A DNA stretch of 64,000 nucleotides from Octopus sinensis (GCF_006345805.1 NC_043000.1:128526001-128590000); one strand, 5' to 3'. Positions 27,861 to 41,418 are shown, numbered from the stretch's first letter. A program made the numbers and translations. The notes: a model not told the origin generated them from the letters alone.

Positions 27861-27926
27861 GTGTGTATATGTGTGTGTGTATTTGCGTCTAAGTTTGCCC
27901 CCCCCCCTAATATTATATTATCGACT

Positions 27927-28430
27927 GCACATACTCAATGTATGTGTTTTACTTGTTCGCCGGTTGGCTGCGGTATAGCGCTTTGGGGACGACTCCCTCA
28001 TTGCAGTGGGTATTAAAACACCTGAAAGTCACATGCAGGCGAGACAGCTCACCTCTAGTCTCATCCAAGAGCGATGCATATCGATATTTTACCATTTTTG
28101 TGGCTTATCAACATCACGTATCTGAATCGAACCAGGGGTAAACTGAACCACCAGTCTTTGACTACATATAAATAGTGTAAGAACAATTTGTCGCTATATC
28201 ACGACGATGTAGAGCTAAGATTAAATTCAATTAGGAATTTAAAGCAGTGCTAGTGTTGTAAACTTTATCCACCGCACATACTCAATGTTTTACTTGTTTG
28301 CCGGTTCGCTGCTGCATAACGCTTTGGGGACGACTCTCTCATAGCACTGGGTGTTAAGATACCTAAAAGTCATAGACAGGTGAGACAACCTGCCTTTAGT
28401 CCCATCCAGGTGTGATGGATATCGATATTT
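27927..28430. repeat. Diverged ~160-bp direct repeat pair (27927-28089 and 28274-28430)
   Basis: Both read gcacatactcaatg...ttttacttgtt.gccggtt.gctgc...cgctttggggacgactc.ctcat...atatcgatattt. Confidence 0.85.
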
Positions 28431-28489
28431 AAATCGGACGGCAGATTAAGTCTATTACACATGGAGGCCATGGCAGGGTTTACTCACAA

Positions 28490-28685
28490 TTCTTAGAACT
28501 GAAATAAATACTGCAAAGCATCATGTTCGACGTTCTTACGAATCCATCGCTCTGGATTATTGTTCCTTTATTGACCCCGAAAGGATGAGAGGCAGAGTTT
28601 ATCTCGGTTGGGTTTGAACTCAGAGAGCAGAGAATCGTAACAAATATTGCAAAGCATTCTATCTGACTCTCTTTCGACTCTGCTG
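28490..28685 (-). mobile_element. SINE family B, decayed
   Basis: ttgaccccgaaaggatgagaggc...tttgaactcaga is the reverse complement of the family-B core. Confidence 0.7.
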
Positions 28686-29059
28686 ATTGTTAATTAGATT
28701 GGAATATGTAACTTTTACTAAAAGAAAGCGATTATTATAAATTCTGCACTGTCTAGAAAATAATTTTAAATCCCAATTTTAATATATATATATATTTTAT
28801 CAATATATATTTTTCAAGCTTCTTTTATTATCGAAGATTTTAACTTCAGGATATAATCACAAAACTAATTTTTATTCACTGCAACATAGTTGTCTTACAC
28901 TGCGATATAGTTTTTTTTTTTTAACATCTTTGTTTATACTTTGACATAAGTGTAAAAGAGTGCCCTTCTGTTTTTTTTCTTCATAATTTTCTGAAAAATG
29001 AATATTTTATATGAAATTTTCTACCGATACGTTTCAAATGCAGTTTGTTTTCATACCTG

Positions 29060-29597
29060 AATTTTCAATGCAGTTCAGTTATTGATTAAACCATTTCAGT
29101 TAATTCATTTGTTGTTCTACCTATGATTTCTCAATATAGTTCAATTATCAATTAAGCTATTTAAGTTCACTGATTTGTGGTCACCTGTGATTTCTAAATA
29201 CAGTTCAATTATCGATTAAACTATTTAAGTTCACCAATTTGTTGTCGAACTTATGATTTCTCCATACAGTTCAATTATCGATTAAACCATTTCAGTTCAT
29301 TCATTTGATGTAGTACCTGTGATTTCTCAACACAATTCACTTATCGATTAAACGATTTCAGTTCACTGATTTGTAGTCATCTGTGATTTCTAAATACAGT
29401 TCAATTATCGATTACACTATTTCAGTTTATTTATTTCTTGTCATACCTAGGATTTCTCAATGCAATTCAGTTATCGATTAAACCATTTCAGTTCATTTAT
29501 TTGTTGTCGCACTTGCGATTTCTCATTATAGTTCAATAATCGATTAAATCATTTCAGTTCTCTTTCATTTTGTCGTACCTGTGATTTCTCAATGTAG
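29060..29597. repeat. 64-66 bp minisatellite, 8 full units plus a partial unit
   Basis: Units start at ~29060, 29126, 29190, 29256, 29322, 29386, 29452, 29518, 29584; consensus atttctcaatacagttcaattatcgattaaaccatttcagttcat...acctgtg. Confidence 0.95.
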
Positions 29598-29943
29598 CCT
29601 AAAGAAAGCTGGACTCGATCACTCAACACGAAAACGGAGTCCTAGATGATCCAACGACGCATTAAGAAGCAAGGCTGTTCTTGTTTATGATTATAGTTCA
29701 ATCCTGAGCAAGCAGACCTATAATAAAAAGTTTCGAGCTACAATCATCTCTTCATATGTTTCAGACATAATGTAACCAGCATATCCTTTCTTTTGATGCG
29801 CTAAGGTGTGTTATAAAGTTTATTTGCCTGGTATTAGGAGTAGTTTGAGTAGAAGCTCCCTCATGACTAAGGTAGATTTCTTTCAGCAATGTTCCCCGAG
29901 AAGGTTAAATACCGGAATGTATTATTTGTTTAATACATACGGA

Positions 29944-30158
29944 GAAGGCAGCGAGTTGGAATAATCGTTAGTACGCCTGACAAAATGCTTAGCGGCATTT
30001 CGTCCGTCTTTACGTTCTGAGCTCAAATTCCGCTAAGGTTGACTTTTCTTTTCATCCTTTCGGGGTCGATAAAACAAGTACCAGTTGAACACTGGGGTCG
30101 ATGTAATCGACTTAATCCCACTGCCAAAACTGTCGACCTCGCGCCTCAATTTGAAACC
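29944..30158 (+). mobile_element. SINE family B, full length
   Basis: ggcagcgagttggaataatcgttagtacgcc...aaaatgcttagcggcatttcgtccgtc...ttcggggtcgataaaacaagtaccag. Confidence 0.85.
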
Positions 30159-31518
30159 AATACGTAAAAAGAAATCTTCATCGAGGGCAGTGACTACGAA
30201 ATTTGATTTAATTCTGCAAACTTAAATCAACGTTTGTTATATATATATTTACCACTTCCTTTAATTAGTAAGAACTTTTCATTTAATTTTGGGTAAAATG
30301 TAAATTAATTCACTAGAACATATTACTGATATTTAATATATCGACTGCTCGATACGCACGGAACGAAGTCAACTCTCAATCAAATCCTGTTTGGCATATA
30401 GTGTAGCTCTAATGTTTTTGAAAAATCGTTGCCATTTTATTTGTTTCTATTGTTTGTGTTCCTCATTAGTTTTTTCTGTTTTTCTTGTTTTTGTTTCGTC
30501 AGTTGTCGTCATTGTCCAGTGACAATTTAAATTTCTCAAGAAACAGCTGACATGTGGTTTGGAAGTGGTTACTAGGCTTTGGTTGTTAAGCAAAAGGAAA
30601 CAGGAAATTGAACAAATTTTTGCATGTCTTCTAGTTGGATGGAAGACTTTTAACTTCAGCAAATCTATCAAATAGGAAACGCATTCGTAAAATAAAAAAA
30701 AAAAGAAGAAAAAAAAAAACAGTCATTCAAAAACAACATCGCAACAAATGCTTTAGTTTCCTCAGATATTGCAAGGAGCATATACTAACAAGTGAAATTG
30801 CTTGTATGTGTTCACATTTTTTTCCTCTTCACCTTGCCTACGCACATATATGCAAATATATTTGCATATGTAAACAATGCTAGTCTATTAATATATATGT
30901 GTGCGTGTGTGTGGTAGTGAAACCTGTGTCATAAAAAGTGACGACAGATTTATTCATTATAGGGAATGCTTTCAGGAGGACAAACTACGTTTCTTTTTGA
31001 CGTAATATTTGCCACACGCAAACACACACTATATTACGTGGTTTGTTTTCGAAAAACAAAGAAAAGAAAAAGTATTAAACAAAAGATCAAAATACGAACA
31101 GTGTTCATGTAATATGCATAGGCACATGCATCGACATATATGCATGTATGTGTGTGTATGAGTAATAAGACCCTTCTCCGGATGGGCTGGCTGTTCTGTC
31201 TTGTGTTAGGTTTTAGCCATTTGAACTTTGCAGAGTTGATGTTTCTCCGGGTCTGGCCTAAGTAAATTTTTTTTTTGGGGGGGGGGGGGAGAAAGAGGCA
31301 GAGACAGAGAGAAGAATTGACCCCAGTATTGCACAGGTACTTTATTTATCCCCCACTTTATAAAAGAATGAAAGAAAGATGTATACTTGGTGGGTGTATT
31401 CGACGAGCTAACGACTCAGTCAGTTGACTTTACGTACAAACATGCATGTATACATAGACACATGCATACATACAAACATACATGCACACGCACACACACG
31501 TATGTATAAAGGTGTATG

Positions 31519-31572
<54 letters not shown>

Positions 31573-31618
31573 TATACGTGCATATATATACTACACCCGC
31601 CCACCCATACACAAACAC

Positions 31619-31753
<135 letters not shown>

Positions 31754-31820
31754 TAATGATGCAAATAAATAAAACCGTTTGGGCTAAATATACAAGATAT
31801 ATATATATAATATATATATA

Positions 31821-31859
<39 letters not shown>

Positions 31860-33301
31860 TGTAGATAGACAGATAACAAAGACTGAAATATTCAGACGAT
31901 GAATATTCATGTATAATATATGGATATTTATATATTAACAAACCAAACTTAACACAGAGTACAAAGACAGAAAATTAAGGGGAGAAGGTATAGCGTTGCA
32001 GGTGTAAATACTTTTAGTCTTTGTTTTCTCTCTAGATATATATGCATTTATGTTTTGCAGATCTAGCCCAAGCGGTTTTATTTGCTTATTTGTATCATTA
32101 ACTCCATATCTGCGCAATAGGATTCCTCTTATAACCACTATTTATCCCGCGAACTAAATCTTCAGTAAAGATTTCGGAATATAAGTCAAAATGATTTGAA
32201 CGCTATTAAGTGTTTTAGTTCATGTGTTGACTCTCTCTCTCTCTCTTCCTCTCTCTTTCTCTTCCTCTCTCTTTCTCTTCCTCTCTCTTTCTCTTCCTCT
32301 CTCTTTCTCTTTCTCTCCTCTCTCTTCTCTTCCTCTCTCTCTTCCTCTCTCGCTTCCTCTCACTCTTCCTCTCTCTCTCTATATATATATATGGCGGTGC
32401 CCCAGCATGGCCACAGCTCGTGAGCTGAAACTAGATAAAAAAATATATATATACACGCGTGCACACACACACACAACCGCTCGCACGCACACACATGCAC
32501 ACACGCACACACACAAACACACACTCACACACACAAACACGTTCGCGTGCGCGTACACATATAAGGAAATCTTACCCATAAAACAATGAAATAAATTAAC
32601 AATAGGTACCCGAATAGAAGGCCATAGAACAATAAAGGAACAAAAGTTTTGTCTCACACTAACATGACAATGTGATGTATCGCTCCCTAAAAATACATAA
32701 ATATGTACTGCCGGCAATGTCACTTCGACTACCACAGCTCTTGGTAATCAATACTGTATCATTCTCGGTAGTCCACTATGAATATTAAAGATTACTAATG
32801 AGAATTACGAAACCACTGAAGATTTGACAATGTAATCTGCTTATAAGGTTTCTTTACATAACAGGTATCTTTCATTGTTCATGAAACGTGCATAAGATGA
32901 CAGAACTATTTTATACACAAACTCTCCTGTTTCGCTTTCTCTGAGTACTCTGCGACTTCTCCAATTCTGTGGCTCTACCAAATGAAATTCGGACTATAAA
33001 ACGATACGTGCATATATATATATACGTATCTGTATGTGTTGTGATGGATGAGTGTACACATGTGTTTATATGAACGTACATGTGAGTGCGTGTGTTTTAA
33101 TATAATTTCACCAAGTAGGCACATAATATTTCCAAGTGTTATCTGACAAACGAACTGATCAACAAGCAAAAGTAGTACATCCACATTCAGTCTAAAATGG
33201 TGCTAGCGTGTACTGAGTTTTTTCAACCCATATTGCAATATGTGCAGATAAATAAACATTCAAATTTGTTTACACATGTGCTCATATTCTAATGTGTAAA
33301 G

Positions 33302-33805
33302 CAGCTGGCCCAACCTTTTCTTCTTTTTTTTTGCACTACCGACCGGTTTCATATAAGACAATTTTCCCGTGGACCAGGAGATCATGCGCATAACAGAACG
33401 CAATAAAGTATAAAGTACATATAAAGTGCATATATAATTTAATTATTACATGTATGTGAATGTACTTGTTACGTTGTATATTATGCTCTTTATTTCTACT
33501 ATTATAACTATTATTACATTTATTTTTGGAATGCAAAAATGAAAAAACGAATAAAAACAAACAAGGGATTTACCGCTCTTAATAATGCTACAGTTAGTTT
33601 GTGGGTTTGATTTATCAGTACGTGAAAAAAAACTGTGACTTAGATAAGTGCAGAAAAGAGGCACAAACGGAAGTGGTAAGTTATCAAAATAAAACGCCAT
33701 GAAAACTGCGAGAGTCAATGAAATATAGCAATAAAATTTTTAAAAAGTTATTTTTCTATGCAGCTCGGTACCAAATGATCCACAGCCCGGTGGTTGGAGA
33801 TCCTG
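33302..33805. mobile_element. Non-autonomous hAT (Charlie-like) element
   Basis: Ends cagctggcccaacc / ggttggagatcctg; subterminal gaccggtttcatataagacaattttcc; flanked by the direct repeat tgtgtaaag. Confidence 0.75.
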
Positions 33806-34673
33806 TGTGTAAAGGACAATGCAAAGTGAGAGGAGAGTGCGAAAGTTAAAAAGGTGGTAAAGAGGCAGGATGTTACAGTAACGCAGGTGAGGTGGTGGAC
33901 AAGTGACACTTTTACAGGGAGCTGGCACTTTTGGGTCTGCTGTGTAAGCTTATATAGGCTAGGAGTTCCGAGGTGTGGATGGGGGTGCCGCAATCTCAAG
34001 AATTGCCCTGAAAGGCACACCTCTAGTTACGTTACTGGTAGTGCGCGCGCGCGTGTATATGTGTGTGTATGTGTATTTGTGTATGTGTGTTTATGTATTT
34101 GTGTGTGTATGCATGTATATAACATCTAGTATATGAATAGTTTATACATATTTTTTTTCATATCACCTCCTGTGCAAAAAGATAGTAGTGATAATCATTC
34201 CACCTGTGGCTAGAACATAAAAAATACTTGGAAAATTTAAGGAGTGTGATAGAGAGAAATATATACCCACAGCTTTTAATCAAATTTCATCAGTTGACAG
34301 TCACAACCAGTGGAGTAAATGATATTACTGGCACGTCTTAGTTATTGACGTCATTTATTTTATACTTTGCATTTCATTCAGAATAAGTTTTAGTGTATTT
34401 TGTCTGATGCTTCTACTTCCTTAACTCTCCTACCATTTAAATAGAAAAAAAAATCTATTGATTTAGGTATATTTGTAAGTCTATCCTTGATTTAATTCAT
34501 TATTTCTGTTTATAAGTTAACAAAAATTCGTTTTGGTTATATAAGATTTCTAATCTTCAGAATGTTATTGATGTTTGTGTAAACCTACTTTGATATCAGC
34601 GCTACTCTTGTACTTGTGTACCCGTTTGAGACATGTTTCTCTGTTGACTGTCATTTCCCATAAATCCGCACCT

Positions 34674-34770
<97 letters not shown>

Positions 34771-35193
34771 AAGTCTGTTTCACATTAGCCCTCATTCGTG
34801 TTATCAGTCCTTTCGCAGAAAAGATTCATGGAAAAAAAAAAAAAATTTCTGAGAAGATAATAGGTCAGTATTTAGTGTACGGTGATTGTACTAGTGGGGA
34901 GTAGTTGCTTAACTTGCAGAATAATAAACTTTGAACGCGGAGGAAACAAAATAATTAGAGAAAAGACTTGTATCTGAGCAAATTTGTAAGAATGTTTCCC
35001 AGAATTGTGTTGTGTAAGACGTTATGAGAAATATTGAAAATATTGAAAATAAAACGTATGGGTTTTATTTTTTATATTTTAGAGAAATGTAAAGGAAGTA
35101 GCTATGATTCTTGCAGGCTGTCTCAGATTATTACAGCTGATGTTCAGCTTGAACTTTGGCAGCTTGATGTTTTGTACGAAAAAAAATAAAAAA

Positions 35194-35364
35194 GGCGCAG
35201 GAGTGGCTGTGTGGTAAGTAGCTTGCTAACCAACCACATGGTTCCGGGTTCAGTCCCACTGCGTGGTACCTTGGGCAAGTGTCTTCTACTATAGCCTCGG
35301 GCCGACCAATGCCTTGTGAGTGGAATTGGTAGACGGAAACTGAAAGAAGCCTGTCGTATATATG

Positions 35365-35397
<33 letters not shown>

Positions 35398-35620
35398 ATA
35401 TATATATGTTTGTGTGTCTGTGTTTGTCCCCCTAGCATTGCTTGACAACCGATGCTGGTGTGTTTACGTCCCCGTCACTTAGCGGTTCGGCAAAAGAGCC
35501 CGATAGAATAAGTACTGGGCTTACAAAAGAATAAGTCCCGGGGTCGAGTTGCTCGACTAAAGGCGGTGCTCCAGCATGGCCGCAGTCAAATGACTGAAAC
35601 AAGTAAAAGAGTAAAAGAGA
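35194..35620 (+). mobile_element. SINE family A, best-preserved copy
   Basis: ggcgcaggagtggctgtgtggtaagtagc...ggttcagtcccactgcgtggtaccttgggcaagtgtc...tgactgaaacaagtaaaagagtaaaagag. Confidence 0.92.
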
Positions 35621-36329
35621 GAGAGAGCGTTCCGTAGGGTTGCAGTCACATATTTTTATTGCATGGAAGAAGGATAGCATAATGCACATCTGGTTAGAGG
35701 GTTTGGGGTTAATGAAAAATTAAGGAAGACTGAAATGAGAATATCGTGTATTTAGAAGTTTGCATTGTTGGCTGTGACGGCAGTTTGATCAATAATATAC
35801 AGAAAGAAGACTACGAGGAGATATCATTGAGGAAGCCCTGAAGTACATTAGACGTGATAGAACGTGGGTTGGAGAGATCATAATACAGCGGTCTGCAAAA
35901 AAAAAAGCTTCCAGTCTAAGAAATCAGAGACTAATGTAGTCTATAGAGACAATGTAGACAGTAGGGAGGACCATATACCAGATACGGTTCAAAGGCGTTA
36001 CTGACGTCAACAGCATTGCGCCCATGGAATTTCTCAAGGGCGAAAGATCATTGCTGAGTAATATATGAGTAAGCCTTCGGTATCTCAGCCTTTAGGGAAA
36101 CCATGTTAGAGTTCACTGAGGAGACAGGGAAGTAGAGTGAGCGACTGAGTGGTGAATGAATGCGTGTAGATGTGTGTGTGTTTGTGTGTGTATAAGTTTG
36201 TGTGTGAGAGAGAGGGAGGGAGATAGATAGAGATCTTAGGTATTGAAGGTATTGTTCACAACTGTTTTCATTACATTTGTGATAGTATGAAAGTAATAGG
36301 ATGATAGCCGGTAAGATCAAAGAATTATC

Positions 36330-39300
36330 TTCCTTGGTGATGGAACACTTTTTTTCTCTCCTTTAGACAGGGATAAATTCCTTTTAAAGATGGTTGAAGC
36401 CTTTGTAAACCTGCCACCTTGATGTGTTGAAACGATGGGAATTGTTTATAACTCTGTCAGATTAGGTAGACCAACGATTATAGACTTTCTTGCCGTAACC
36501 ACCATGCCTCTTTCTTTCAGATTATATAAAACCTCATATAACCAATGTGTTCCCTAATTTTGTATGAATTTGAGGTAGATTTAGCTATCATTTCTGAAGG
36601 TCGAGCGACTGTGAAGAGGCTCCCTTATGATCTGAGGAGTTTATGCACATGATGACCTTGGTGGTGAGACCGGGAACATGATGTATGATAGTTTAGAAGT
36701 TTTGTTGAGAGTGTATGGGGAAGAGTGTGGACAATTTTTCAATGATAGAATGCAGTGAACGCTTGTCAAATATTCCAGACATCAAACGTCCAACTTTGGT
36801 TTGCCCTTTACCCATGCCGCCGCTCGATCATGGAGACAAGCAGCTAAAGAACGTGTCTTACGAACGGCGACTACACTTGTTCTCTGTCGTCGTCGTCGTC
36901 GTCGTCATCATAGTAGTAGTAGTAGTAGTAGTTGTAGTGATGGTGTACGGAATTAGCAGGTGCATCAGCCTCAATACTGAAGCTTTGATATGCTGTGGTT
37001 GTTGAATCTGTGTATCATCAACCACAGCATTCCGAAATCTTTTAGTATCAGACTGACCTCCTGACTGGCGGAACATGTTCCTTCCACAAGAAAGCGCACA
37101 TTCCATTCTAGTCGTGTGTTTCTTGGAACAAGTTACGACGTGGCGATATAGGCGTTAACAACTTCTGTCCGACCTTTTAGGGACATATTTGTCCTTTTCT
37201 TAACGAGACTAGCCATCCCACACCCGACATCTTTTCAGTTTTCTCTAGTTTGATATCTAGTCCGAACCAGACTCTGAGCACTTAATCTGGCACTCAGTCC
37301 AGCGATAGAATCCGGCACTATCCAAATGGACTTTCTTCAGATGATAATTTGAAAACCCATCAATGCGCACCTTCGTTATCTCAAGGTACTCTTCCAGTTT
37401 GGTGCTTAACACCTTAATTTCTGAAGTGTCTGATATCGTTTGTAAATACACAGAAGTTGTCTGCACAGTAGACATGGTTCTTTTGTGCCCTTGTTCAAGT
37501 GGGATACTTTTCAATGTCTATATCTTTCGAAACAACAACCCCACTGTCAGCACATATAAGACATTCGCCTCTTGAAATCGTTTTGCATTGTAAGCTTGAC
37601 ATCCTTGACATCCAATGCAAAACGGCTCCAAGAGGTGAATGTTACGTTTGACCACGAAAACGATGGCATTGTACATTGTAGCGATCTTATCACAGAAGAA
37701 GGGACCGAAATTCGTTCTTTGTATGGCTGCCAAGTAGCGATAGTCGACTAACTCTTTCCTAAACTTTGTACTGATCCAAATTAATAAGTGTACCATCGAA
37801 GCTAGATCTATATCCGACCTATCCTACAATATATCGGAGGTTGTGCATAGATCTGCAAGTGATCGTATCTTTGCCTACTCTACCAACGATAAGCACCAAC
37901 CACTTAGCAAGGATCTTTACTGACGTTTTTGTAAAGTTACTAGGCCTGAAATTTGTTCAAATCCTTCCTCAGCATTATCATCATTCCTAGACTCACAGAA
38001 CTGGGAATGCTCCAGTCTGTTGTCAGTTGCCATATACTCCTGCTAAGACAGTAGCGAACAAGTCTGACAGTAGCAATAAATCTCGTAGACGAGACAATTC
38101 ATTCACGGCGATTTGTTCGTCACATAGTGGGTCACCATGTGCAACATTTCTTCTCCTGAAATCGGCTTTTCGTATCACTCTGAGTTTTCGGTCGAGAGTT
38201 GTGTCAGATATTCGAGGTATGCATCGAAGCTCACCGTCTCTAGTCTATCGCTTCTCATGAAAGGTTCGGCTAAATGCTGCTAGAAAACAACGTACATCTT
38301 GGAACTGGATTGCAATGAGCCCTGTACAGTCCCTCATATATCGAGACGTAGCTTTGTTATCACACCAACCACTTCTCTCTCACTTCAAACAGCTTTCGTG
38401 TCATCGTTTCAATGTATGCAATCTAAAACTAACAACGAATTATCCTGTCTTTCGAGTCGACGAAATGTTAGTCAAGCTCATCTCTAGCACGCTGTATATG
38501 ATGTTTCTTCCATGCACCCCTTCTAATCAAACGATTATCCCCCTCCTCTGTTCGACTATTCTCTATAACTACTTTACTAAATTTCTTGAATGCTGCTTTA
38601 ATTTTCCTCTTTACTGATACCCACCACCTGTTGTAGATGTTAGCCTTCGCCAATTCTAGCTTCATTTTCATACCTTCACTCTTGATGCTGCTGTTTTTGT
38701 AGTAGATATTATGCTATTGGTGCTTGTTGTAATTTCCTTTTTGTGTTACTGCTGCAGTTGTTCCTGTTGCTCTTGTTGCTGTGAATTACTCTGTTGTTGT
38801 TGAGAGTGCCCTTCGTTATCGTTGTTATTGTTGTTGTTAGTGGGTGGTGGTAGTGGTCTGTTTGTGCCACTTTGGATTTTGTTGGTCTTGGAGCTACGAA
38901 AACTTAGTATCAAACCTCTGGTTTCTCCTGTCCCACTATTCAGCTTTTTCAGCCACCCCGTTTTTGACTATTTGTCCGTGGCTCCTTCCTTATCCGAGAC
39001 GGATGATGTTGCGGTTATGACCATGTTTTCTGGCATTCCTTTCCGCTTTTATTTATGGTAGGGACATTTTTTCAAAAGCACTATTTGAGTGAAAGTTATT
39101 GTTTTTGGTTTCTGTAGCTGCCACTGTAACTGCCGCTGCTGATGTGGTTGCAGCGGCAGAAAAAGACGCTTAGACGCTATTTTCTTTATTGTGTAAAAAA
39201 GCTCTGAGATAATCTATCTGTTTCACTGAAAAATACATTTAGTTTTCTTGCTCTCGACGATCACTCACAGCTATTCATACGCATCGAAACAAATATTCGT

Positions 39301-40330
39301 GGATGTCAGGAAGGTTTGCACTTGGACTCTAAGTACAACTTGGATGAATTATTGTTTGTCTACACAGTTTCTACATGAGTCGATTCTATTCTAATCGCGC
39401 CCAGCTTCTGTCGATACACAAACGGTCACTAGTTTGAAAAGCTGATTCGAGAGAGATCTGCGGCCAATACTTGAAACTCTGCTAATGTTCCATTCAGTTT
39501 TGTTAGGAATGATTTCATTGTGACCCTCTCCTAGTGACATCATATTGCTTTTGTTCCTGTTGAGTGACACGCTAATGTCTTTGAGTTTAGTTATGTGTCA
39601 CCCCATACAAAGTGGAATTATAACGAATAACGAATTCCTGAGACGTACGTGTGATTGTGACCACTGTTCAAATTTTCTGCTCACTTGTGGCAGATGGTCA
39701 ACACTGTCCTGAATTGTCTACCTTTCGTTACATATCATATTTCTTGCAGGCATCTTTTGATTTGCGTTGGAGTAAGACACTGCAACTTCTGGTGTCTATG
39801 ATTGATGCACCTATAGAAAATTGTCCTTATTATCATTATTTTTTTTGTGCTCTTTACATCCTTGGCAGGAAATGTCACCATCCCAGGATGAGGGATCTCA
39901 CTCTTGTATTTTCTAGCAGCTTCTGTTCTGCCATTGAAGGAATGAACGTCTACTGTTTCGCATTTTAAAGACTGTAAAGTATAAATTGAAGGAGATTGTG
40001 CTGTTATTTCTTTTCAAGTGCCCCACTCCCCGTAGGTGCTCCCTCATTGTAGTAACTAACTGTTTTGACAGTGATGTCAAAATTGCTTTGACAGTGATGT
40101 CAATGCTTTTGGTTACCATGGCAACAACAGTGATAACTGTTACCATGATGCTGTTTGTTGTTGTTTTCGTAAACTCTTTTGGAGTCGTTTTAAGCTACCT
40201 GTGACCTCTGTCTCATCTACCACTGAGATAATTCTGATGCCATCGTTGGAAGCTACATTTTTCATTTTCAAATTGAAATTATGGCTTTTGTTTTTCAAAT
40301 AATCGCGAATGTTTTGACGTAGAGTCATTT
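36330..40330 (-). mobile_element. Tx1/L1-clade LINE, ORF1 start to ORF2 end, heavily decayed
   Basis: ORF1-like start MTLRQNIRDYLKNKSHNF (40328); ORF2 segments WWVSVKRKIKA, RT block LVDYRYLAA...FGPFFC...HLLEPF...QGC...LYVLT and MSLKGRTEVVNAYIA, resembling Tx1-type ORF2; interrupted by (GTC)n(TAG)n at ~36.9 kb. Confidence 0.8.
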
Positions 40331-41213
40331 CTACTTTGGGACCAATATAAAAGGTAAGACTGCACCCTAATATATATTGCAGGTTAATTCCTCAAAATTG
40401 ATTTAAAAAAAAGTGAAACTTACGGAGATAATAAATCGGAGGTAAACTGAAGGAATACAGTAGAGGAAGTTGAACAACAACAACAACAGCAATAATTATC
40501 CATTTTATTGGTCAAAATAGTGTGTCCATCGAAACAATAAAATTTGTGCCGTATAAAAACGGGAATACAAAACATCTGGATGTGTGTGTATACATATATA
40601 TATATATATATTAAAGTCAGAAATGGAAAAACAAAACAATGAATTGAACAATTATAAGTTCAATTCAAATATTTTATACAAATTGTTATATATATATATA
40701 TATATATGGGAACAGGACGTCACCAACAGCAATCAACATGAAATACGAAAACAAATAAGCCAAATACGCAAACAACGAGAGTAAAAAAATACAAAGAACG
40801 CCCCTTCATCAGTTGTCGGCCATCCATCTACTCCCCTTCTCGGGCAATCAACGAGAATATGAGTCTTCGAAGACAGCCGCTTCCACAAATGCCAAAATAA
40901 AATTTGGGATTTCATGGAGGGTCAAAGTTAGGAACAGGACAGTGGAGACATACAGGGAAACCGAACTAAAACAAACATGGAGGGTCGTTAGACCTGAACG
41001 AGGGAGAAATAGTGAACGCTGAGGGAAATATTTTCTTTGAAAAGAGAAAAGATAGAAGAGAGAGGGAGATGGGAGATGTCCAGTCCTTAGAACGTCTGTG
41101 CAGGAAAGAAAGATGTATATACATGCATATATATATATATATATGACCGCGTGTGTACCGTTGGCGATTTTTTTTCCTCCGTCTTCCCTTCTCTGGATCT
41201 TTCCTTTTCCTAT

Positions 41214-41248
41214 GTTTCTGACGAAGAGCTCCGCTCGAAACGTAAAAC
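41214..41248 (+). ncRNA. Minimal type-I hammerhead ribozyme (HHR-X)
   Basis: gttt-CTGACGA-a-gagc(tcc)gctc-GAAA-cgt-A-aaac: stem I gttt/aaac, stem II gagc/gctc, loop-less palindromic stem III ACGT, GUA cleavage triplet. Confidence 0.7.
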
Positions 41249-41347
41249 CCTCCTTCTTCCCTTACTTACTTCCTGACGTCCAATAATACTATATTGTTCC
41301 ACGTCCTCGCGTTGTTGTGTTTTCTCTTTGTGTTTTCATGTTTGGAT

Positions 41348-41415
<68 letters not shown>

Positions 41416-41418
<3 letters not shown>

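Noticed and set aside
29060-29597. CRISPR-like array
   Set aside because: Whole units are homologous with no unique spacers, there are no cas genes, and the context is eukaryotic.
40795-40815. CTGATGA on the minus strand (actgatgaaggggcg)
   Set aside because: No downstream stem II plus GAAA, so not a complete hammerhead.
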